DNA from: Clostridiales bacterium
GTDB lineage: Bacteria > Bacillota > Clostridia > Oscillospirales > CAG-272
DNA length: 64,000 nt
Assembly (NCBI GenBank): GCA_012727435.1
Contig: JAAYHB010000003.1
Location: 1,315-65,314, forward strand
Direction: 5' to 3'
The notes below the pieces were generated by a model that saw only the letters and a program-made list of their open reading frames with translations, did not search any database and had not been told where the DNA came from. This document shows positions 52,241 through 62,050 of this stretch, piece after piece. A program made the translations under genes and the position numbers. The stretch's first letter is position 1. Each line of letters begins with the position of its first letter.

Positions 52241-54469
52241 TCAGTCAAGCCAGATGGGATTGCCGATTGCAACACGATATCCGTGTGTAAGGTCGAAAAC
52301 CTCAGCCCGGTAGAAGGCCCGTTGTTTTACCTCGAGCGCCAAGGCCTGGGGCATTTTACCGCTGTACATTGAGGCATAAGCCAGCCCCCGGTCTGTATAG
52401 ATGCGAAGCTCGTAGGCAGTGTCCTCCTGCCATGCGGGAGGATAGAAATCATCGAGGCGGAGGGTCAGCTCCATTCCTTCGCTGTACGCGACTTCCGAAC
52501 CCATGGGGTGCCCGTCAATGCACATTTTTATGCCGACAGCCCCAACTGTAAAATCGCCGGAGCGCATCTTATTGAAAAAGGCCCTCCCCGATTTTTCGCC
52601 CGTGTAAAAGGTGGATACCGCGCTGTTGCTGACATCCCCGTGCGTATCCGAGCCCCCCGAGGCATAGACACGCTTGCCGAGCGCCAGAAGCGCCACCCAT
52701 AAATCATAATTTCTGATAGAGGCATGGCTTGAATAATGCTCGTAGATCGTCTCAATGAAGGTATGCTCGCCGAAGTAGTAGTCAAGCGGGTCGTCGGAGG
52801 ACAGCATGGTCTTGGGGTGCGGGTGCACCATTATGCCGCCTATTGACTGGACATAACGGGTCAGCTTATAAAAACGCTCCTTGGTAAATTTGGGATAGAT
52901 AAAGGAGCCTGTCAGCTCGTCCCCCCGAAATTCAAACTCCGGGAAGTTGGCCAAAACCATTGCCAGACCGTACTTATGGGGGAAGAGCATGTTGTAATGA
53001 ACCGAGCGCTGATTTTGGCGGCAGGCGTTAAGGTCAATAATCGACGTCCCCGGTTCGGTGCCGATGATAAATCTCTCCTCGTCCCACTCGGGCAGGAAAA
53101 AGCCGCGCATCTGGCGGTGGTCGACTACCGCGGCAAAGTCCAGCTTTTTCTCGTCCATCCTTGCCGGCCACTCTGACATGGGCAGGGTGCCGTCGCTTTT
53201 TCCTCCGCAGTTTGTGTGCACATGAAGATCGCCATAGTAGGCCCTTGTCCCCACATAAAGAGAGTCAAGAACCGAAAAATCGGCTCGGTCAACTCCGAGT
53301 ATCCGGTGAGGGTCTGAGGTTTCGGTTACAAACCCCCCGGCCATGTTTTTGATGTATTCGGGGGCGTGTCTGGGGACAGGAGGCTCATGACTCAACTCCC
53401 CGGCAAAGCCTTCAAAGCTACAGTCGATAATCTCGACATTTGAACCCGGCCCCATGACAGAAAAAGCAGTGCCGCTGTTACCCCGGCTGTCCGAAAAGGT
53501 GCAGCGGGCAACATAAAGCCTGCAATTATCATTTGCAAGGTGGGGCCTTATCACCGCCTCATTCTCCCGGCTGGTGTTGACGAACACCGAATCTGTGACA
53601 AAAAGGCAGACGGCGCGGTCCCCCGCGTCGCGGCAGCCGGTACAGATGCCGTTCTCGCCTTTCAGATTTCGAAAATAGGAGTTTTTAATTATATATTGGC
53701 TTGTCTTTGAATTTGCAGCACAGTTGGAAAAGTCGCGCGTAATGCTTGTCAGACCGAATATCTGTGTCGACGTATCGAAGCAAATGCCGTCCAAAACAGC
53801 GCGGCGGGCGTTGAGCAGTGTAAAGTTGCCGCCGTAATCGAGGTCATCATAATTGGCAACCCGGATATTCTGCAGCAGCACTTCACGGTCAAGCGTGCTG
53901 TCTTGCGCGGGAGGCGAAAACAGGTATAGGGTTTTTCCGCACGGGCTGATATGTATGATATTGCGGAAGGCCACATATGCCCGGCCGCCGTCCAAACGCA
54001 TATCATGAAAGCGGACATATTCCGAGGAAAAGCCGTCGACAATCAGGGTCTCGACCGCCGGCTCGGTTAATGTCGTCCTGCCACGCCAGTAGGAGCCGTA
54101 CAGTACCGACTCACCTTCAGTCCGCGCGGGGTTCAGCGCCGGCGGCTCAAGCGGGTTATCCGACGGTATATTCGGGCTGATACCCGCACCCTGCCCGAGC
54201 AGGGTCAGCGACTTTGTAAATGCAAACCTGTCGATACAGTGCCTGCCGGCCGAAAACAGCAAAACCGGCGTGGTAAATGACTCATACGGCAGACCCTCGA
54301 GCACCTCCTGCGGAATTTCGGTTGCATGTTCGTTTGCTTCACCAATCGAGGCAAATAAATTGACCCCCTCGCAGACCGCATAGGTCACACCCCGGAAAGT
54401 AAAACTGTCTCGGGGTGAATTGTCAAAATCACTTTGAATGGCATAGTAGCCGCGGGGCAGTTGTTGCAT
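52241..54469 (-). CDS. cytoplasmic two-domain protein: beta-helix-like N-terminal region plus PHP (CehA/McbA-type) metallohydrolase domain
   Basis: 742 aa with no signal peptide. The C-terminal half has YGDLHVHTNCGG, VVDHRQM and GGSDTHGD. The N-terminal ~380 aa are repetitive with an Asn/Cys ladder. Confidence 0.7.
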   Translation of the reverse strand: MQQLPRGYYAIQSDFDNSPRDSFTFRGVTYAVCEGVNLFASIGEANEHATEIPQEVLEGLPYESFTTPVLLFSAGRHCIDRFAFTKSLTLLGQGAGISPNIPSDNPLEPPALNPARTEGESVLYGSYWRGRTTLTEPAVETLIVDGFSSEYVRFHDMRLDGGRAYVAFRNIIHISPCGKTLYLFSPPAQDSTLDREVLLQNIRVANYDDLDYGGNFTLLNARRAVLDGICFDTSTQIFGLTSITRDFSNCAANSKTSQYIIKNSYFRNLKGENGICTGCRDAGDRAVCLFVTDSVFVNTSRENEAVIRPHLANDNCRLYVARCTFSDSRGNSGTAFSVMGPGSNVEIIDCSFEGFAGELSHEPPVPRHAPEYIKNMAGGFVTETSDPHRILGVDRADFSVLDSLYVGTRAYYGDLHVHTNCGGKSDGTLPMSEWPARMDEKKLDFAAVVDHRQMRGFFLPEWDEERFIIGTEPGTSIIDLNACRQNQRSVHYNMLFPHKYGLAMVLANFPEFEFRGDELTGSFIYPKFTKERFYKLTRYVQSIGGIMVHPHPKTMLSSDDPLDYYFGEHTFIETIYEHYSSHASIRNYDLWVALLALGKRVYASGGSDTHGDVSNSAVSTFYTGEKSGRAFFNKMRSGDFTVGAVGIKMCIDGHPMGSEVAYSEGMELTLRLDDFYPPAWQEDTAYELRIYTDRGLAYASMYSGKMPQALALEVKQRAFYRAEVFDLTHGYRVAIGNPIWLD

Positions 54470-54481
54470 ATTGTCACCCCT

Positions 54482-55369
54482 TTATTTGGCCATTGCCAGA
54501 AGGGCCTCTCCCAGGTCGTGAACAAACCTGCACCAGGGAGCCCTTGTGGAATCGGGGAAGTTATGAGAGCCCAGTTCCAACGAAAAGTCACCGGTATAAC
54601 CGATATCGGCAAAGGCCTTCATGGTGTCGGCCCAATCAATAGAGCCCATAAACGGAGGCAGGTGCCTGTCGCCATCGCGGTTGTTGTCACTTATATGCGT
54701 GCACTTTACACGCGACCCTGCCATGCGGATGAAGGACCCCACATGGATGCCGCTGAAGTGTGCATGCCCGGTATCAATGCAGATGCCCACGGAAGGATCA
54801 TTTATTGCATCGGCCAGTTCAAGAAGCTCCTCCGGGTCCCCGCCGCAATATCGGCGGCGATTGCCTCTGAAGTCCACCATGTTTTCAATTGCAATTCCGA
54901 TGCCTGCCTTCTTTGCCGCTTCGATATATGGCGCAAGATACCTGAAATTGGCCTCCTTGGCCTTTTGGCGGCTGTAAAGCGGGTCGTGCGGCAGGTTCCA
55001 GGGGTGCATCACCATCCATTGTGCCCCCAGAATTCTTGTAGCCTCGATGCAGCGGTAGTTTATGGCCCACACGAATTCGGCGTCGGCATAGTTCGGGTCG
55101 TCCCACTGTTGCCCGGACAGGGTCTGGCCATGTGTCTGGCGGAAGGATACTCTTATTGAATCGGCAAAAGCGCGGGTATTCTCTGCCCACTCGAGCCAGT
55201 TGTCCTGACCGAGAGGAGCGTCGCGGCCGCCCAGACTCCACAGGTTTGCATCGGCATAATCAAACCCGGCGGCCTTCATGGCACTCAGGCACTGCTCAAT
55301 TGTATAGCGGCTTTTAGTGCCGGGAATGCGGCTCATCAGCCAGGTGGAAGCAGAAAGCGTCATCATCAT
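54482..55369 (-). CDS. sugar phosphate isomerase/epimerase (xylose isomerase-like TIM barrel)
   Basis: Start trimmed to MMMTLSAS (AGGAGA RBS). Contains IAIENM and CIDTGHAHFSG, typical of this fold. Confidence 0.75.
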   Translation of the reverse strand: MMMTLSASTWLMSRIPGTKSRYTIEQCLSAMKAAGFDYADANLWSLGGRDAPLGQDNWLEWAENTRAFADSIRVSFRQTHGQTLSGQQWDDPNYADAEFVWAINYRCIEATRILGAQWMVMHPWNLPHDPLYSRQKAKEANFRYLAPYIEAAKKAGIGIAIENMVDFRGNRRRYCGGDPEELLELADAINDPSVGICIDTGHAHFSGIHVGSFIRMAGSRVKCTHISDNNRDGDRHLPPFMGSIDWADTMKAFADIGYTGDFSLELGSHNFPDSTRAPWCRFVHDLGEALLAMAK

Positions 55370-55448
55370 GGTTTCTCCTAAACAAATGATTCCCAACATC
55401 GGGTGTTTTGGGCCAACTTATGAATTGGCTCGACAGGCTGCTCTGTAC

Positions 55449-56843
55449 TCAAATAATATCACACGGCAGCCCGCACAGCGAGGCGAAAAACTCAATCTGC
55501 TCGGGCTTTGTACCGTAGACAAGCACACTGTGGTGTGTTGCCCCGGCATAGCTCAAAGCCTCCAAAAACTCCGGGATCGGCATTTGCGGCTTCATCCAGC
55601 CGCGCACTTTTGTCTCAAAATTGTCCTCGGGCACCTCAAGCATTTCAACCGGCGAGGCCAGCAGCCGAAATCCCCCGGCCGTGCGGTGAAGGTTTACGAA
55701 CACCGCATCCCCGCCGCGGTAGCAGCCGTATGAGACCACCGGATTTTCACCCTCTCCGAAAATGAAGTTCATCTCCTTCATCCCGGCCCGCCGGCAAATC
55801 AGGTTGGGGTTATACTCGCCCATGTGGCTGAGCAGCAGGGTGTTCCCCTTCCAGTCGGGGCAAAAAATCTCGACAAAGCTGCTGCCAGGGAAACCCTGCA
55901 GCAGCGCACCGAGCAGCGAGGCGGTGAGCACGTCGCCCTCTCCTGCGTAGCCTATGCTGCGCGCCATGGCCTTGCAGGCTTCCATAAAGGGCATGACAGT
56001 GAGTCCCGTGGAGGCTACGGTCCTGAAATTTACGGTGAAGGCAAAGAGCTTGTGCCTCTTTATCCAGTGCCGCACGGCAAGGCAGTTTTTGGCGGTCCTC
56101 AAATGAACTGCCGGGTCGACAGGCTCAATTTCATAGCAGTTTTCCCGGTCGTGCTCAACCTCGCGCGCCGCCTCCTCGTTGCTGATACCATCAAGGATTG
56201 AGGCAAGCTCGCTTTCCCCGGGGTATACCACAGTCACCCCAAAATGTGATTCCATCTCCTCGTCGGTGACAAAAAAGTCCCCCATCCCCTCAAAACTGCC
56301 GCCGATACTCCCTACCCTGCTGCCGCGCAGCGCCTGGGCGGCGACGGCGGCGCGCACAAATCCCGCCGCCCTCTGCATCACATCGGATTCGGCATGGTGC
56401 CCCGCGGCGACGGCAAATTTCTTGCCATATCGCAAAAGCAGGTTGCACATATCCATGACCCCGTGTATACCGTGGCAATAGCTGATCTCGCCCGGGTCCT
56501 GTGTGCTGCCGAAATCGTAGGTTTCGGTGGTGTCAAGCACCACTACCGGCAGGTCTGTCGCGCTCAGCGCGTCAATACACTCAAGCGAAGGGGAGTATGC
56601 CGCGTGCCAGGTAACAATGCAATCAACACTCTCTCGCTCGAAACGCTCTATTGCCGCTTTGAACTCGGAGGCAACCCTGCAAAATTCCGAGCGGACAACC
56701 TCAAATCCGAGCTCTTCAAATCTTGCTACCAGAATTTCATAAAACGCAGAAAGCCTGCCCCGGGCCCTTGCCCCGGTGCCAACATCGTCATAGAGCTTAA
56801 TGTAAAAAGGAAGAAAACCGATTTTTATTTTTTTGCCGCTCAT
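55449..56843 (-). CDS. L-fucose/L-arabinose isomerase-family protein
   Basis: 464 aa with N-terminus MSGKKIKIGFLPFYIKLYDD and a layout like AraA/FucI-type sugar isomerases. Assigned from memory of the fold family. Confidence 0.6.
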   Translation of the reverse strand: MSGKKIKIGFLPFYIKLYDDVGTGARARGRLSAFYEILVARFEELGFEVVRSEFCRVASEFKAAIERFERESVDCIVTWHAAYSPSLECIDALSATDLPVVVLDTTETYDFGSTQDPGEISYCHGIHGVMDMCNLLLRYGKKFAVAAGHHAESDVMQRAAGFVRAAVAAQALRGSRVGSIGGSFEGMGDFFVTDEEMESHFGVTVVYPGESELASILDGISNEEAAREVEHDRENCYEIEPVDPAVHLRTAKNCLAVRHWIKRHKLFAFTVNFRTVASTGLTVMPFMEACKAMARSIGYAGEGDVLTASLLGALLQGFPGSSFVEIFCPDWKGNTLLLSHMGEYNPNLICRRAGMKEMNFIFGEGENPVVSYGCYRGGDAVFVNLHRTAGGFRLLASPVEMLEVPEDNFETKVRGWMKPQMPIPEFLEALSYAGATHHSVLVYGTKPEQIEFFASLCGLPCDII

Positions 56844-56873
56844 AAGCCGCCTTCCTTTCTGCCGCCGGGGCGT

Positions 56874-57890
56874 TCACAGTTCGATGTTAAAATATTCAGA
56901 TGCGTTTTTGTACATTATGTCGTTTATTTCGTTACGCGTGAGGCCGAGCCGCTCTGCCGCGCGCCTGAAGGCAAGCAGCTCCTCATACATAAAGAGCGTT
57001 ATATCGGTCTTGTCGGTCTCGCGCATGTGGCTGTCTCCCGACACGTCGCCGTACAACCCGCGGGGCACCACATTGACATAGTTCCCGCCCTCGCATATCC
57101 GGTACATGCGCATTTTGGTGTAGGGCATATCAGAGCCGAACATCACCCTTCCCACGCCGACCGCCTCGACGCACTTCTCGATTGCCAGATCAAGCGTGTT
57201 TGCCGAAAAGTCGAAGACAAGATTTTTTGTGTTCCTAAGCACCCCGAAGGCCTCGCCGATATCCTCGGGGCAATAGGCCCGCCCCACATGGGCGACAATG
57301 ACCTTGGCACGGGGGTATTTTTTATCTATCTCGACAAGCTGTGCCAGATTGACCGGGTCGCGCAGCCGCCCGGCACGCGGAATGTGGAGCATTACTATGC
57401 CACCGGCCTCGTCCATGAATTTCAGCTGCTCATGGGTCAGAAAATCAAAAATCCGGACCTCGGCCGCCGGTATGTACGGCGGTGAATTATTCAGATAAGG
57501 TTTTATGCCGACAAAGCCCGCGTCAAGCGCTTTTTTTATTTCGGCGGGGGTGGTGTCCCAGTTTGTGCAATATAGCGCACGGACCCGGTGTTCCTGTATG
57601 TTTTTCAGCACATATGAATTTACAACATCAAGCCGGCAGGAGGGTGAGCCGAAAACCACCTTGGCTACCTTCTTGCCGGGAAAAAGCTGCTCAAAAGACA
57701 GCTCCATGTCCTCAAATGTCTGCGAGTCGGCCATAAGCGAAGGCCAGCGGGCGGCGCCCTTCTGCCCCGGCCTCTTTGTCCCCGGTTCCCAGAGATGCAC
57801 ATGGACATCGATAAACTTCGGCGGGAGAAAGTCCATGAGCTGCTCACGGTAGACCTTTTTGTCGTAGTCGGTAAGATTCACTCCAAACAT
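56874..57890 (-). CDS. amidohydrolase-2 family metal-dependent hydrolase (TIM barrel)
   Basis: Start trimmed to MFGVNLTDYD (AAGGAG RBS). The motif FIDVHVHLW is present. Confidence 0.75.
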   Translation of the reverse strand: MFGVNLTDYDKKVYREQLMDFLPPKFIDVHVHLWEPGTKRPGQKGAARWPSLMADSQTFEDMELSFEQLFPGKKVAKVVFGSPSCRLDVVNSYVLKNIQEHRVRALYCTNWDTTPAEIKKALDAGFVGIKPYLNNSPPYIPAAEVRIFDFLTHEQLKFMDEAGGIVMLHIPRAGRLRDPVNLAQLVEIDKKYPRAKVIVAHVGRAYCPEDIGEAFGVLRNTKNLVFDFSANTLDLAIEKCVEAVGVGRVMFGSDMPYTKMRMYRICEGGNYVNVVPRGLYGDVSGDSHMRETDKTDITLFMYEELLAFRRAAERLGLTRNEINDIMYKNASEYFNIEL

Positions 57891-57907
57891 ACCCAATACT
57901 CCTTGAA

Positions 57908-59344
57908 TTATTGTATAAAACAGCTAACGTATCGACCGAATTTTCCGCGGTAAAAGTCAACCTGCCCGGGTTGCGGGAAAAGCGGTTTTTTCCTGACAAA
58001 AAAATCAAGGCAACCGGCATAATCTGAAAACGCGCCCGAGCCCACCGCGGCAATCATGGCAGCGCCCAGCGCCGGGGTGTCGGGCTCCTCGGTGAGCAGC
58101 AGCTCACAATCGCAGACCGCGGCAACAATCGAGCTCCAGAGGCGGCTTTTTGCGGCGCCGCCCGACATGGTAAGCGCCCCGCCGCTGCCCGGCATTACTC
58201 CCAACTCTCTGAATTTATCAAGTATCAGCCGAACCTCAAAGGCCGCGCCCTCCATGATGGCTAAGGCAATGTCGTATTCATCGTATTGCCGGGCGTCAAT
58301 TAAACCTGTCCGGCGATGAGGAATAAGCCCGCTGCCCGAGCTAAGCGGGCATAACAAAAGCTCGGCAGCCTCCCCGCGCCGGCCTTCGGCGACCCTGTCA
58401 ATATCCTTCAGGGAGAGGCTACAGCGGTTTGCGTGGCTTTCTATTGCAGCCCCGATGCCGCCGAGCGAGGTCATGACGCCGAATCTCTCCACTGCCGGGT
58501 GTATTCCCGGTGCTATGTGCTTGTTGACAAATTTCAGGCTCTCCGAAACCCCGAACATCACCCACGCGGTGCCGGTTGCAAGCAGGATTTCGCCGGGGTT
58601 AACGACACCGCTCCCGAGTGAGGCGCAGTACTGGTCATGTGCGCCGCAAAAAACCACTACATGCTCACCGAGCCCCAGTTCGCGTGCGGCCGATGTTTTT
58701 AGCCTGCCGACTATACTGCCGCAGGGCAGCACCTCGGGCAGCATTTCCCCGCCGATGCCGAGATAGTTCAGTAAATCATCATTCCAGCAAAGCCTGTTTA
58801 TGTCGTAAAGCCGGGTGATGGCAGCACCCGTGGGGTCGGTCACCGCCCGGCCGGTGAGCTTATAATTAATATACTCCCCGGTGGTCATGAACCTTGCGGC
58901 CCTGCTGAAAACCCCGGGCCGGTTGCGTTTCAGCCAGAGCAGCTTGGAGGCGCAGTCGGCCGGCGAGGTCGGCCAGCCGCAGCTTTTGTAAATCTTATCG
59001 CCGAAAACCCGGCTTATTTCCTCAGCTTCGGCGACAGCCCGCCTGTCCATCCAGGTTATGGCTTCTGTCAGGGGACAGAAGTCATGGTCGAGCGCAAATA
59101 TGCTCCCGCCCTGAGCCGAGACGCTTATGGCGCAGACCCAGGCGGGGTCAGGCAGCGCGCCGACGACCTGCCTCAGCGCGCCGACCGCGGCCCGCCACCA
59201 CTCACCGGGGTCCTGGGTCGAATATGAACCCGAGGTGGTCTCGGTCGGGTATGTTTGCCTGCTTCTTGAAAGAATGCTCCCGCGCTCGTTGACAGCCACC
59301 GCCTTGACCGCGGTGCTGCCTACGTCAAGCCCTACAAAAATCAT
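57908..59344 (-). CDS. FGGY-family carbohydrate kinase
   Basis: MIFVGLDVGSTAVKAVAV is an N-terminal ATPase motif, and GGAAKSRLW lies near the C-terminus. ATGA overlap with the upstream gene. Confidence 0.85.
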   Translation of the reverse strand: MIFVGLDVGSTAVKAVAVNERGSILSRSRQTYPTETTSGSYSTQDPGEWWRAAVGALRQVVGALPDPAWVCAISVSAQGGSIFALDHDFCPLTEAITWMDRRAVAEAEEISRVFGDKIYKSCGWPTSPADCASKLLWLKRNRPGVFSRAARFMTTGEYINYKLTGRAVTDPTGAAITRLYDINRLCWNDDLLNYLGIGGEMLPEVLPCGSIVGRLKTSAARELGLGEHVVVFCGAHDQYCASLGSGVVNPGEILLATGTAWVMFGVSESLKFVNKHIAPGIHPAVERFGVMTSLGGIGAAIESHANRCSLSLKDIDRVAEGRRGEAAELLLCPLSSGSGLIPHRRTGLIDARQYDEYDIALAIMEGAAFEVRLILDKFRELGVMPGSGGALTMSGGAAKSRLWSSIVAAVCDCELLLTEEPDTPALGAAMIAAVGSGAFSDYAGCLDFFVRKKPLFPQPGQVDFYRGKFGRYVSCFIQ

Positions 59345-60882
59345 GCCTTCTCCAGAAGCCCGTCAATAATTTCGAGCAGCCTGTCAATCACCGCGTCGGA
59401 GGCTATTATCGGCGGCTTGAAGAGCACGGCCGGCAGGCAGTTGGGCTTGTAAAGCTGTGCGCTGGCGTCCACACAACTTGCGTTGAGCGCATTTGCAAAT
59501 CCCGCTGCCTCACCCGTTGTCTTGAAATGAAGCGCCGCAAGGTGTCCGAGCCCCTCGACCGCGACAATTTTTGACGGGTGCTTTTCTTTTAGCCGTGTAA
59601 GTCCTTCGAAAAACCTTGAGCCAAGCCGGTCAATTTCGCCGGTGTTAGCCCGGGCAAAGGCCATTGTGATCAGATATGAGAGCGACGCCAGCTCCTCCTG
59701 CCCGTTTGTGACCAGCGCTCCGAACTGGTTTAAGTTGTCGTACTCGGCAGTGGTGACTATCCTGCTTGCCGGGTATTCGCCGCCCGGGAAGCCCTTGCCG
59801 AGCGCGACAAAATCGGGATTCAGACCGTACTTGCGGAAAAGGAACATCCCGCCATACCACATGCAGGACTGTATCTCATCAACCAGCACCGGGGTGTCGG
59901 TCTGCCCGCACAGCCTGTAGGCATCCTGTAAATATCCGGCGGTAAGGCGTATGCCCCCGTAATTCATCAGGATGATTTCATGCAGAAAACCCGCTGTCTT
60001 GTACCGCCCGCTGTTGTATTTATTGACTTTTTCGGCAAAATCCGATATGTTGTTGATCTTCACCGACACGACCTTGTAGAGCCCGGCGGCCTCCGCCGCC
60101 TCGTAAAATTCTCCCCAGAGCCCTCTGAAGGTCTGGGTCAGGACCGTTGTGCCGTGATAATTCCCGGTTTTCTCCCCGGCATGGTCGGCGACCACCAGAA
60201 AGACGGGTATTCTTCCCGAGTATTTCGGCTCGGGGAACTCGGGCGAGAGCCGGTAAAACCTTGCCAGCATCATTTTCACGCCGGCCTCGACCGCCAGCGA
60301 CCCGGTTTCAAGGTTAATGACCCGGTTGAGAACTTTTGGCTTATCGGAGGCTATAATTTCATCGGTTTTGGTGTCATCTTCCCAATCTATGCCATTGATG
60401 CTTTGAATTATCCGGCGCTCGCAGAGCCTTGTTATGTACCCGCGCGTGTTGTTGTGTGTGGCATTGGGAATGCCCAGCCGGCGCGCATTGTCGACCAGCC
60501 GGTAACCCCCGAAGCTGTGGCCGAGCGAGGTGTGATAATGCTCGCTTTTTCCCAGCAGGTAAAGCTTTCCGTCCTCGCCGACCCTGAAGCATCCGAAACC
60601 CGACAGAGGCGCCGCGGCTTTATGGGTTGCAAGCCTGAAGGAGTCGGTCGGAGCGCCGTCGTTTGAATTCTCAAAGGGCGGCAGCAGCACTGCCCCGACT
60701 CTATCCAGCAGGGCGTCATTCCGCCTTTGCTCGGTCTCGGGGTAAAAGTCCACCTTTTCATTGGCGATTTTTATTGCCTCGTCGTAACCGATACCCCCGA
60801 GAGCCGCGGCCGCCGCGGCTGCCTTTTCGGTATAGTCACAACCGGTTATGTCGGACAGCGACATTCTTACGTTGCAGAACAT
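59341..60882 (-). CDS. class III (omega-type) PLP-dependent aminotransferase-fold enzyme
   Basis: Motifs GKSEHYHTSLGHSFGG and VDEIQSCMWYGG..PDFVALGKGFPGGEYP; the Lys sits in the usual Schiff-base position. Confidence 0.75.
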   Translation of the reverse strand: MFCNVRMSLSDITGCDYTEKAAAAAAALGGIGYDEAIKIANEKVDFYPETEQRRNDALLDRVGAVLLPPFENSNDGAPTDSFRLATHKAAAPLSGFGCFRVGEDGKLYLLGKSEHYHTSLGHSFGGYRLVDNARRLGIPNATHNNTRGYITRLCERRIIQSINGIDWEDDTKTDEIIASDKPKVLNRVINLETGSLAVEAGVKMMLARFYRLSPEFPEPKYSGRIPVFLVVADHAGEKTGNYHGTTVLTQTFRGLWGEFYEAAEAAGLYKVVSVKINNISDFAEKVNKYNSGRYKTAGFLHEIILMNYGGIRLTAGYLQDAYRLCGQTDTPVLVDEIQSCMWYGGMFLFRKYGLNPDFVALGKGFPGGEYPASRIVTTAEYDNLNQFGALVTNGQEELASLSYLITMAFARANTGEIDRLGSRFFEGLTRLKEKHPSKIVAVEGLGHLAALHFKTTGEAAGFANALNASCVDASAQLYKPNCLPAVLFKPPIIASDAVIDRLLEIIDGLLEKA

Positions 60883-60890
60883 TTGTCACC

Positions 60891-62030
60891 TCAATATTCA
60901 ATCGCAACTGCTCTTTTTTCCTTATATGACAAAAGCGCCGCGCTCAGCAGCCTGTGCGAGAGCGCCGTCTCCTCGGGCCTCACACAGCCGAAGGGAATTT
61001 TAATGCCAGAAACCTCGCAGACAAAGGCCGCTATCATCTGGAGAATGGCGTCGGGAAAGCCGAATTCGAATATGCCGCCGGTGATGGCCGGTATCATCGG
61101 CTTGTAGCCGATGTTCACCCGGCACCAGGCCTGTTCCCTGCCGCAGTTCTCGGTAAACCAAAAGGCATTAGGGTCGTTTGTACTGAACTTTGCAGAGGCT
61201 CCCATCCCCAGCACCGTGAGCTCCCATTCATTTGTCGAACCGGGAGACATACGCTTGGTCTCAAATATGAGGGGAAAGAGGCCCCCGCCGGTGTCGCGCG
61301 CCTCGCAGATGAGGGTTGCGTTGTCCCAGGTGAGGCAGGGGGCAACTCCCCCGCGACCGTCGGGGCGCTCGGTGACAATTTTGGAAAGGTTTGCGTAGAC
61401 ATTCAAAGGCAGCCAGCCTGCCCTGAAAGGCACGTGCTGTGTGTGCAGCCCGAGGTCGCCCATGCAGCCGTACTCACCGTTGTACTCAATTTGGCGCTTC
61501 CAGTTAATCGGCTTGTTTATGTCAAGGTCGCTCGAATGGCGGAAAGCCGACCTGACCTCAATTATCCTGCCGAAACGGCCTTCCTTTATCCATTTTATAA
61601 GCTCCTGACAGGCCGGGAAAAACGGGAATTCGCTCGAGCACCTGACAATCACCTCGGGGCGTGCCCGCACCGCCTCGATTATCAAATCGTTGGCGGCCTT
61701 ATCAATTCCGAAGGGTTTCTCGCCGAGCAGGTGCTTGCCGGCGTTTATTATATCAACATAAAATCGTGCATGCAGGTTGTGGGGGACCGCACAGTATACC
61801 GCGTCTATGTCGGGCTTATCAATCAGCTCCCGATAGTTGTCGGTGCTGTACTTTATGGTACTGAAATGCCGCTCAAACCATGCACGCGCCTCGGGGTTGA
61901 TATCGCACGCCCCCACAATCTCGGGTCTCGGGATATCTTTGGCAAGGTGGCACCATCTCGCCGCGGCCGATGCAAACTCCCGCCCCATGAGCCCGCATCC
62001 GATTAATGCAAAACGAATAGTTTTGGACAT
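60891..62030 (-). CDS. Gfo/Idh/MocA-family NAD(P)-dependent oxidoreductase
   Basis: Start at MSKTIRFALIGCGLMGREF (Rossmann motif). The ORF track extends to a GTG at 62054 that overlaps the upstream stop. Confidence 0.85.
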   Translation of the reverse strand: MSKTIRFALIGCGLMGREFASAAARWCHLAKDIPRPEIVGACDINPEARAWFERHFSTIKYSTDNYRELIDKPDIDAVYCAVPHNLHARFYVDIINAGKHLLGEKPFGIDKAANDLIIEAVRARPEVIVRCSSEFPFFPACQELIKWIKEGRFGRIIEVRSAFRHSSDLDINKPINWKRQIEYNGEYGCMGDLGLHTQHVPFRAGWLPLNVYANLSKIVTERPDGRGGVAPCLTWDNATLICEARDTGGGLFPLIFETKRMSPGSTNEWELTVLGMGASAKFSTNDPNAFWFTENCGREQAWCRVNIGYKPMIPAITGGIFEFGFPDAILQMIAAFVCEVSGIKIPFGCVRPEETALSHRLLSAALLSYKEKRAVAIEY

Positions 62031-62050
62031 CTTTCCCTCTTTTCGGCTTA

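Noticed and set aside
56394-57485. 363-aa plus-strand ORF antisense to the isomerase and amidohydrolase genes.
   Set aside because: The opposite strand encodes two proteins with recognisable family motifs and good RBSs. The plus-strand product is Arg/Pro/Gly-rich with no motif. It is a shadow ORF.
60954-62006. 350-aa plus-strand ORF antisense to the Gfo/Idh/MocA gene.
   Set aside because: Same reasoning as above: the minus strand has the Rossmann motif IRFALIGCGLMG and operon context, while the plus-strand product is low complexity.
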